Shown: one piece after another, positions 24,979-36,900 of the stretch
How the letters are laid out: each line of letters opens with the position of its first letter
Numbering within the stretch: the stretch's first letter is position 1
Source: Antedon mediterranea
Taxonomy: Eukaryota > Animalia > Echinodermata
Direction: 5' to 3'
Assembly: GCF_964355755.1 (NCBI RefSeq)
Contig: NC_092673.1
Coordinates: 1,984,001-2,048,000 of the forward strand
Length of the DNA: 64,000 bases
Translations under genes and position numbers: made by a program
The notes under the pieces: model-generated
Seen by the model: only the letters and a program-made list of their open reading frames with translations
The model's database searches: none
What the model was told of the DNA's origin: nothing

Positions 24979-27900
24979 ATGAAGATTTCTGAAGGCATGG
25001 TCAACAAAGCTGTCCTTGTGTTGGTAGTGATGATGCTGGCTGTGTATAGCCCGTGTCTTGGCGACTTAAGTATCCTGAGTACGTCCATAACTCCAGTCAT
25101 CACAAGCAATGGATACCCGTCATTATTACTTGGAAGTCAAGTTAATCTTAACATCAACATCACTTTTACTTCCAATATTTCTTATAATTGCTTGCTCCTA
25201 ATCGATGTTGATGAAAACTTTTTATTTTTACACGAAACCTCTCAAAACAATCTTACCATCATTCACGAAGGCATTACGCCAGAACAGACTATTATCGTTA
25301 CAAACGGATCAAATCTTAAAATAGATTTCGGAGATGTGCTAAGTGAGGACATTCTCAATACAATATTCATAACAGTTCCAATAACTTTAAATAAACCAGC
25401 TAGTTTTGGTGACTTGCTAAACATCACTACCTCAGTATCTACCCAACTACTTGGCGTGTACGAAGAACTCCGTTCCCAGGAGACTATACACTTTCTCGGC
25501 CCCGAGGTTAATTCAAATTTTAATTGGAACAATGAGAATATCATCATAAATTCTTATATACAAGCTGTAATTTCTTTGAAGATTGCAGCAAATTCAGAAC
25601 TGAAAGACATCCAAGTTACTCAAGGTAAGTTTTGAATTCAATTAACACTGAATTTTCATCGAATACAATTTGACATTTTTGATTTGTGATTGAATACTCG
25701 ATAACGTCCATTTATTATTTATTTAACATGCAGTATTTCTAATGATTTCCTCAATAAACAAAAGCACAAGTTTGGAATGTTATGGTAACGCTATCTTTAC
25801 ATTAGACAAATAATCAGTGAACTTATAATTTACTTCTATAAAAGAATTGATCAAATGGAACAAATAGAATCAAGGCAATCTAACAACAAGATGCTGAGCT
25901 CCGGAGATCAAAGTGTTTATATGTAACTGCGACACGACCAGCTCCAGAATATAATACTGTACTGTTGGTACTTGATGCAGCTAGACATGAACTCGAACAG
26001 TCCTTCGATCTTAAAGATCAAAGGACTGTTCAAGTTCCTATCTTGACAAGCTCAGCATCCTGTTGTTAGATTTCCTTGATGGAACAATTGGTACACTTTC
26101 CTTTTTTCAATAACATTGACATTTTACTTTTTCAGATTTTTCAAGCAACGATTTAAGTTCTCTACCAGTGACATACATACAATGCTTAGGCTTGCCTATC
26201 ACTGGCAACATCACTTTCAGTAATTCCTCCAATGCCAACATCACGCAATTTGATTCAACAATGGTGTCGTCATCGCATCAGCTAATTCGTGCAAAGCGGC
26301 AAGTTTCTACCTCATCATTGTCTTCTAATGTTCTCAGTTGGAATATTGGTGACATTAGCAATGATGGAAATACAGAGGCTGTATTGGAGCTTCAGGTATC
26401 TATGTTATTTTCTTCTATCATTCTCAACCAATATTTTTGACAACACGTTTTTTTGGAGAGACACGCCCTTTGGCGATAGTTGTCTTTGACAGCTCTTGTC
26501 TCTCCTCGGTGCTCCCATTTTTATGTTTCACTGAAGGGAATAAATATAATAAATCCTGCTGTAACTATCCCTCGCGCTTAGTTCCATCTTGTGTGCTGAG
26601 GAAATTGTGCTGATTTTAATTAAACTGTGCACTTGGAAATAGTAAATATTTCTAGGGTTGGAAATATAATGGATGATATATCAAATCAAGTATGTGTTTC
26701 TTTTTAGGCGTTTGCAATGACAAGAATGAATTTTTTTCTTTTGTAGACACTTCATGCAACACCCTATTGACACTCGTTCTTGCCAGTGAACACACTATTT
26801 CTTGTATTGCTAGAATATTAATTATTTCAACTCCTAAATCTTGCAGATTTCCTTTACATTTGGTGATGTACCAGATGCCACAGCTACAGACTCTATTCTG
26901 CATTCACTCTCTTTGAATTTAAATGGCGGCACGATCTCTTTGACATCAAGCAACCTAGTAGTGTCTATTCCTCAATTAAATATCACTAAAACGATCCAAA
27001 TTGTAAGTGAAACATATAAATTACCATAGGTTCTTGTTTACTTGGCAACATATTTTTCAATCCATGCAATAGGTGAGGTGAGTCTCGTGTTCATTCTGAA
27101 CGTAGGGGAATGAGCTGTTAGGAGCTCATTTTACTAAGCCTCGGTAGGGTGGTGGTCAGTTCCTTTCTGTGCCACCTTATCCTCCCTAGTATTTTCAACC
27201 AGGTACTTATTTACAGCTGAGTGGACTGGGCAGATTTATTCCTTGCATTCCGATCTAATATGTCTTCTACTCTGGGTTAATCTGAAGATTCCCTGTTTTG
27301 TTGTTTTATTTGAGAAATGGTTTTCCGACTACTTGGCCATCCTTTTGTATACAAAACATTAGATGGAACGTTTATTTACTATTGTAACTAACTATTTTAG
27401 TGGCTACATTTTTCCAGCTCAGGCGCTTATATAGCAATGTTGTTGTTTTTTAAATGCATACAGGTCGGTGAGGAAGACATTGACGGAGATAAAATTGACG
27501 TTTTACGGTTTACCATTGAGGTATCCCATGATGCAGTGTCTTCAAATTCAGAGGCATTTGAGGTTTATGTTGAAGATTATGTTGAAGGTTTTGTGGTTGA
27601 ATATTTTGATGAACTGGTACCAGTGATTTCAACACCTGGCCTAGCAATAACCAAGTCCAAAATCTCATACACGTTGAGTTCATTGAACTGTAAGTGTAAT
27701 ACATAGTTTTAACTTTAGGCTTGGTTCCCATTGGACACAACTGAAGCAACTATTCAGATAACCTTACATTATTACGGGAACCAAGCTGATATGTATGAAA
27801 TCGACATTAATGCAAATGTTGTATTGTAAAATTGTTTGTAGTTAAATCAAGCGTGTGGCCAGAATTGTTATCTTGTCCTTCAGAAAAAAGGGCCTACACC

Positions 27901-30900
27901 CCCCCCCCCCTCCCTTTCCAATATACGCCTATCTTTTAACATGGTTTTCTTTCAGTTGGTGACAGCAAAACTCTTTCATATAAAGCCTACTTTAATGACG
28001 ATACCTTACAAAATACTGAACAAGAACTGCACTTGCCAGCCACTTTGCAATGGCAGACACTCTCACAACCAACGCCTTCAGTAAGTTGTGTTATTCGTGC
28101 AATTAACCCTATCGTCACGCCATAGAAAATAGATTCTCGTCAGCCACCCATGATCAAAATTTTACCTGCATCACAAAAGTTCATAAAATGTCTGGTAAAG
28201 TTTTCAATTAGCCTGGGAACATTTTCATTTAAAAAACATGATTAACTTCTATTAATTTGAATTTGGCTTTATACTTTTATTAATAAGGTAGTTTTGTGTA
28301 GCATTATTTTACACCGGATACAGTATGTAGTAGTAGTAGTAGTTTAATTGTGTTTTTATATTCAGTTTCCAGGTACTAATTATGGACCAGTTGAAGACAG
28401 TGTTTGTGTAAAAATGTCTGTATCTTACGATAACTCAAGCAATGTGACTAAACATGGACTTGCCGCTCTTGGGTTCTTTGTGTGTGTACTGATTGCCATC
28501 ATTATTGTCCTTATTGTCGCCGTTGTTTGTATACGGTGCTTTCACAGAGGACCGTATTCGTTGGTTCAACCAATAGGTGCAGGGAAGAGACGAGGGTTAC
28601 TGATAAATGATAACAACATGTCTGGTAATTCAGTAACTGCATCTTACGAACAATCATCGTAAGTTTTTTGATATAGTAGTAACAATTACTACTTTTATCA
28701 TTTTTTTCCATATGTATCCAACAATAAGTAACTTGCTAATAACAGGATGGATAAACTATTTTATAATTTATCGTGTTTATAAACTAAGTCTCATTTAAGG
28801 CATAAGGAGTCATATATGGAGGTATATGTTATACCTCCATGGAGGAATTTAAACAATTACTAACCTTGTCTGGGTTTAGCTAAGCTTGGTTCCATTGTGA
28901 GTCTCAAAACAAAATGTTTCAGTTTGCCAAGTTGTGAGATAATGCCATGATTTTAATTTGAAAAGTCTCTAATTGGATTTAGTGTTTGCATTCTTTAAAT
29001 TAATATTCATCTTTTTAGGTTGGTACAAGTGGATGATAGTATTGTACTCATCTTAATGCTTAAGCAGAGTTCTCAGAAATATTCAGAATTTGACAAGTAA
29101 GTGTTGTGTGTTGTGTGTTAAGCTCTGTCTAAACTTCGGAGATCTGCATATAACACATTTCTATCTTAATTTTTTTATTTTAGTTTGGATATTTTGACAA
29201 CAATTGTTCTTGATATTGGGTTTGAGGAGAAGAGATTAGAAGCAATGACAATGTCTGTGGAATTACTTATTCAACAGTGGACAGAGAAGAAGCTTATACC
29301 AAGTGACATTAGTAATAAGATAATCAAAAAGTTTCACAGAAGTTTAAAGGATTTAACAAAAGAACTCAATGATAAATTTAGACGTGACTCTCAGATGCTT
29401 AGAAAACAACTGATTGCTATGAATAATGTAAGTAATGGTTTTTACTAATATTTTTATTTTATTTCCACTATGAATGTTAAGCTCTGTCTACACTATCAAA
29501 CATTATGTGACAACAAAATGTGATGTACCCATATATGGACATGATGATGTCATATCACTACCATATTTGAGCACATCACACTTTTTTGTCAAACTAGTTT
29601 GATAGCAGAAATTTCCAAAAATCTTAAATCCTTCCTCCACTTTCTGACGTTTCTGATGTACACACTAAATATCTTCATTATCTTCAAAAATGTTTATTTC
29701 TCTGTAAATTTCTTCATAGATAAAGTTAAATGAGTTGCAGAAAAAGCATGTGATGGAATATAAAGAAACGGAAGAAGAAACAAAGTTTATGAATGAAGAA
29801 GATAAGAAAAGTGAGATATTGAATCTGTTACAGCAACAGCATGAAGCAGAGACGGCAAACTTAGCATCAATACTTAAATTTCAACAGGATGAACAACAAG
29901 AAATATTAAGAAAGGTACAACATTTTTATTTGTTTAATTTTTATTTCATAGGTATCCAACAGCGAGAACTCGCCAGTTACAGGATGGATATTTTATAATT
30001 TATCGTGCTTATAAATTAAGTCTCATTTGAGGCTTAGGGAGTGGAGTTGAAAGAGTCTTGAGTTACAACCCTGAAAATAGGTCAGAATTGAACCCCAGAC
30101 TTTGGGATTGGTACATGTGAACAAATTTGTCGTCTGGATTCAGGATTAGTTTACCGGTTAAAACTCTTTATTAAAAACAGTAAATTATTATTGACAGGAA
30201 TATGCAATTAAGAAAAGAATCCGAATCAAGTCTATTCAGCAAGAACACCTAGATCAGGTGATTCTTCAAGGGAAGTTGGAGGAAGATCAAGCCAGAGAGT
30301 TGATTTCAGACCATTGGCACAATATGGCTGTATTGGAGAAAAGAATGGATGAAGATATTTCAAAACAACGCATGCTTCTTGAAGAAAAACTGGAGAGACA
30401 TAGAGCTCTGGCTGACAGAAATGTAAGTTAAAAAAAAACTCTGTCAAATGTGCCCTTACCTTATCTTTAATTAAGAGAGACATACAGCTTCAACTTGCTA
30501 AAATGAAAGAGCTTGATTATGTCATTTTGAACTCTTTACATTAACTTTAAAAAAAGTCATTCTTTACCTCTTTTACACTGCCCAGCTGAAACCAAACACA
30601 CGTCCCTATATCTGATCCCATAACTGCCATACTCTTTATAAACATTAGGACTGGGTTGAATTATTATATTAAATTATTATGAACAGATTTCCCAAGAGGA
30701 ACACCACAAGGAGATTCTGAACACCATGGTGAAGCAGACAATTGGAGGACTAGAGCAGCTACAAGAAGCTGACCAACTAACTGAAGGGCAATTTAATCAG
30801 TATGTAGAGAAGTTACAAAAAGAGGTAGTTGTTGCCAAGCAAAAATATGAACAGGACAAGACAAAGCAAGAAGAACAATTACACAAGAGATTGACGGCTT

Positions 30901-33900
30901 TAAAAAAGCAAAAGCTTACAGATAAGGTATATGTAGCATGTTGAATGACTGAGCCATTAAGAAAAATATGTTTCCATAAAGTCTGCTCAAATGCCAATAT
31001 GTATAAAGTAGCGTAATGCAGGGTGAAATGGCCCCTGGTTTAGCACCCCTTGCTCGACCAAGTTTGGAACTTTTTTTGGGGTTGCTCATGCTCTGGGGCC
31101 CCTTAAGCCTTTAGGCTCCTGGGTTTATTAGCCAGTGACCGCTCATAACCGTTGCACCACATGTATCTTGTGGTAGAACTTCTAATAGATAGGAAAATGT
31201 AAGACTATTTTAAAATAATTTGATCATGTACAACTTTTGAGAGGAGTAGCTTAACTCTGTATCCAACACATCCCCTGTTGTGGGTTTATGAGAGAACCCA
31301 AACTTCACCATGACACGGTTCAGTTCACTTTAAAGTCCTTAAAACATTTACATTTAAAACCAGAAACTACCATTAAATGTAATTGATAATTACTTTTACA
31401 GGCAAGGGAGCACACGTCACAGCTTGATCAATTTGAAGATGAACAGAAAAAGAAGGAAACTGAATCAAAACTGGGTACATAATTATTATTGCTGTTTATT
31501 TTTCTTCTTATGAAACTCAATTATAAATTGTTTGTTAATGTTAAAGTGCATTTATAAACATAAACTCAGACCAATGTAGAGATCAATATCACTCTAAATC
31601 AAAACACTAAACGCTGCCGACAATCATTTGTTTATAATTCATGTATTAATATCAAGTTTGTAAGATCTCTTTAGAGTCTTTGGTTACGACTGTTGTTGTA
31701 TTAATTTGCATGTAAATCAACCAAGCTAATTTTATTTATATCTCGTTGTTAACATGATAATAAATAACATCATAATTATATATTGTTCATACTTTAGGTA
31801 TGTCGAGTTATAGATAATAGTGTTCTTAATTCTAATTTTTAGTTGAATTTCTGGCAAATTAAATGTTATTCACATTATATAGAACCCAGTGAGTTCTTGG
31901 ACGCAAGGATGCAGATTCTTACTAAACAACAACTTGAACTAAATGACATTGAGAATGAAATTGATGAAGAGGCAGCAAAACAACTAGAGGAATTACGAGA
32001 AAAACTAACAGTTAATATGGAAGAATCAGTTGAGAAAACTAAGAGAAGTCTGTATTCAAGTCTGAAGAGTAATGGTAATTCATTTGAAATTCTTTAACTG
32101 GTAATTTTTAAGTATACATTAATTTTATTTTTTTGTATTTGTCATCAAACTTTTCAAGTTGATTGGCTGTACAGTGAAGGCGGGGAAACTGCAAACCACA
32201 GTTACAAACATCGGCACAGATTCAAGAGATTCTTGTTCTGGTGTCTATACTTGTGAATCTCTGTCTACACTATCAAACTTTATGTTACAAAAAATGGACA
32301 TAATGATGTCATATCACTACCATATTTGGGCATATCATTACCATATTTTGGTACATCAAACTTTTTGTCAAACTAGTTTGATAGTGTAGACAGAGCTTAC
32401 AAACTTAAAACTGCTGGTCTGGAGTACACCTTTGACATCATAAAAAATTCTTGTTATTATAAGAATATTTACCTTCTTGTTTATTTTTTAAGATTCTGTT
32501 AATGAAATGAAGGATGAAATTTTGGAAGAACATCAAAGAAATATAGAAAGACTGAAAGAAGAGAAGGAGGAAGAGAAGCATAGACAAGAAGAAGAGTTAA
32601 AGGTTAATTAACAATTCAATTTTTTGTTAATATATTTATTTAAGAATTTAATTATTTGATAAAGTCTTTACTTAATTTAATTTACTAATAGTGATATTTG
32701 TTTTCAGAAACGATTGGCAGAAAAAAGAAAAAATTGGAATAAAAAGAAAGAGAAGGAAAAAGATGAACAAATGCAAATTCGTGAACATGAAAGTAAAATG
32801 GTTGGGTAAGGTGTTGATTTATATATTTTAGAGAAGCTCTATACTGGCTTTGTTCTGCTTGGTGTTCTATTTAAGACATGTATTGTCCCTCAAAACATGA
32901 AAAATAAAGATTAATTTAAAAAGACTTCGAATAGGCCATTATGCAGTTTTAATAATGTTAATCACTTCCGTAGGAAAAAAAAATGTGTTTCACCTACAAA
33001 AAAATAAACAATTTAATTATTTTTTGTGTTAAATAACAGTTTTTTAGCTAAATCTTTTTTTTTTTCGATCCATTTTTCAAAGTGAATAACTATTATGTGA
33101 CCTAAAAATGGCATATTCAACAGAAAAATTATTATTCAGGGGAACAATATATCTTTCTATTTAAACACTTTGTTTAATTTTAAAACTGTATATCATTTTT
33201 GTGTTTAACTTAGGAGGCTTCTTGCGACCCAATTAGTTATGTCTGAAATTGACAGAGACAAAATAATGCAGGAACATGAAAAGCAGATGGTGACCTTGGA
33301 AAACAACCTGACGCTAAATAAACTTCACCAAAGACGTAAACTGGAAGAAAAAATTGCGATCAGAAGAGCAAGAAAAATGGAAAAGTTGGAAAAACAGCAG
33401 TACCAAGAAGAGAGGGTAAGTGAAATGCAAAGTTAGATATAAATAAGAATATTAATAACTTAATGGATTTTTGAAGCGCCTAAAGTCAAATTTCACAGAC
33501 GAGCAGTATAAAAATATAGAATCTATGTTATATCTTATAACCATTTACACACAATGTGAACGGGCTCAGGATTCTATGTTGGGAGAAGCTAAGCTGTTTT
33601 CCGCTTCCCGTTACCACTCATCTGTGAAAATTGGCCTTAATGTTGTTGTGAAACCTGTACAATTTATTATCCTGGTCATTTTTTGATCAAATATTTATGG
33701 GAACATAGCTTCCATAATGTAGCTATTAATCAATGCAATCAAGGTTGTGTCTTAACCTTACCAGGTGTGGAGAGAGGCAAATGTAACTGTTTGCCCATGG
33801 ATACGAGCAATGCTTGAGTTCGAATTGAACCCACGATCTTCAATCAATCAATTTTTTAAAATGTTTTCATGATAAACATAAAATACAAATTAAGATGGAG

Positions 33901-36900
33901 GACGTACAACTAAGGCAGAGCCTGAAAAAACGTTGTACTACCTTTAATCTTGCGATCAGTAGTCCAACACACTGCACCATCCACCCTACCCCTCTCTTCC
34001 ACTCAAGCTGTTGACTATTGCCTATATTGCATTTATGTTGAATTGTCTGCCTTTATTTTACATTGTCTACATATAAATTATGAACAGAAAAGCATTTTAC
34101 TTTTATATTGGATTATAGAGGCAAATGCGATCTAAACAACTTAACAGTGATGACGACGAGGATGATGATGATGCGGATGAGAAGCAAAAAATGATGAAGA
34201 AACATGTTGAGCAGAAACTTGCTCTACTGAATTCAGAAAAATACAAAGTTGATGAGGATCTTGATATTGTAAGTGCTTTTTAATAAAATCATTGTTGAAA
34301 TATAAGAATCTATCACAAATAGCAATTAATTATTAAGCTTTGTCTACACTATCAAACTACTTGGAAAAAAAAAGTGTGATGTGCCCAAATATGGCTGTGC
34401 TATATTTAGGTACATTAATATTAAAATAACACTTGTTTTATGGTTACAGATCCGTGTTGAAATGCTTACTGAACGTGCAAATGCACTAAAGAAACAAGAA
34501 GAAAAGCTAGGCTCCATGATTGCACAGCTGCAGTTGGAAAAAGCACGAGAGGTAAATTAGTTGATCATTAATTATTTTGGAGAATTGCTGACAAGACATT
34601 TGATCTATGTATTTTATGGGTTTATTTTGAGATGTTCCTATGAACAGATAGCACATAAGCAGTTCAAAGATCTCTATATACACTATTTAATTGTAATAAA
34701 TGTATGTTTGTTTAGATGGCTACAATTGAAGAGCAACAAAAAGTGTTGATACAGCTAAAAATGAATATGCTTGATGATATGACTGACAGAGGAGTAATTC
34801 AGAGTTCACAATCAAAAAAGGTTATTGAAAATCATCGAAAGGTAACAAACTATTTCATTTCAAGAAATGTTATAATTATAATAGTGCAAATAACAATACA
34901 TATGATTGAAACATTTGAAAGACTTAACATTATTATTGACATGCTTCCATGTTCTATGTTATAAGGGAGACATGCAAGCTTTATCCTTACATTATTACCA
35001 CATTGTGGAGACTGTTCATTATTCTATTTTATTTAGCACTTAAATATGATTGGACGATTTTGGGTAACATTGCGTGCAATAGTACGCATTATTAAATGAT
35101 CATTAATTTTTCATGTCTATTTTTCACGTACAAAAAATAATAATTTCGCGTATGGAAAACAATTTTCAAGACAGTGGCTGTGATTCTGAACATGAAATCC
35201 AACAGCGCCAACTATTTTAAAATAAAAAACAACATTGAACACTCGTAATACAAGCTGTCGCCTCATGCCATTATTTGTACTATTCCACTCCAATAAACAT
35301 TCATTATTTGTTTAAATTTTAGTATATTCTTCCACTTACAAATTATAGGAAGTAGAGCGACTTGAAACTAAACTTAATGATGCAAGAGAAAAACAAGAAA
35401 AAGAGTTTAAAAAGAAGTTGAAAGAAAAGCAAGTGGAACGTGAGAAAACGTTTCTTAGAGAACAAGAGCTTGAAATGTCCAGACTAGCGGAGAAAGAAAC
35501 AAATAGTACAAAGGCAAGATTCAAGAGAGTGGCGTTGAAGCATAAACAAACTGTCCAACTTGAAGAATTTAGGTGAATATCTCTGATATAAGTAATAAAT
35601 AAAACTGAGAAGAATGGAACAAACCAGTAGTAGGGGGATTGTCTGATGTCTACTCTTCAGAAATTTCCCAAAACCAGACTTTTCTTGAAGTCCAAAATGT
35701 CCCAAATTCATTGGTACAAATCCCAGACTTGTTGGAAAACCAGACATGTTTAGGCTAGCCCCTGAAGATACATTATGTATGTTTAAAACATGTATGTATA
35801 CAAAAAACTAAATAATTGATATTTTCTAGGCAAACTATTGAAATGGAAAAGCGACAGTCTTTGGAGAATTTGAAGAGAGATTTTGAGATGAAGAAAATGA
35901 AAGCTGTCCAAGATCAGGTATGAAGACTAGATGTAGACAGTTACATGATCCATTTTGGAAAAGGTGCCTCCCTAAAATGTTTTCATTTTGGTGGCTACGG
36001 GTTCCATCATTTTAACAGTTCGCACCATTCTTCTTTCAAATTTCTCCAAAATGATTTCCTAAAGCTCTGTCTATACTATCAAACTAGTTCAACAAAAACA
36101 GTGTGTGTGCCCAAATAGGGTAGTGATATTCCTAAATATGGTAGTGTTATGACATCATCCTGTCCATATATGGGCACATCACAAGTCGTGATAACCATGT
36201 AATTACCTAATTAATTACTATAATTACAACTAAATTACCCATTTAATTTGTATCTGTGTTTGTAGGAATTACAGTTGATTGGGAATCTCATACGTCATGG
36301 AAAATACGCAGACATGGAATTGGTTAACATTCTTAATCTACTATTTCCAATGAAAACGGAAAAGGAACTCAGACAACTGATTTCCGATATGCAAATTAGC
36401 AGTGACGCTGGAGGCGTGCAACCTGATTCTGAGGATCAAAGTGATGATGAGCCCAAGCAGGGGTAACTTGTGTTCTTTCATTTTGCAGAATTTTAAATGC
36501 TGTGTGTGTGTGTGTGTGTTTCAGAAATATTTATTTCAACATTTTCTCAAATTTTTGGGGGGTTTGGGGGTAATGTTACACTAGTGGTTGAGTCAAGCTG
36601 CCAAACTATTTTGACAGCTGAGGAAATGCAAACCACATCCTTAATATTGGCACATGTTAAATCACTTCTCTGTCCTAACTGGTGGTAGGAAACATTTGTT
36701 TGGATAAGGACTTCAAACTGGTTAATTGTATGTGTGCACCATTTTAACGACTAGTATTTCCCCTGTGTTTTACTCCATTTCAGCTGTACAGTATGTCAGG
36801 TTTTTTTTATGTTCTTTGAATATATTGTTATAAAATAATAAATCCAAAGGCAAATTACTGAAAATAATGACAATGCTGTTGGTATCAGTGGCTGGATCTC

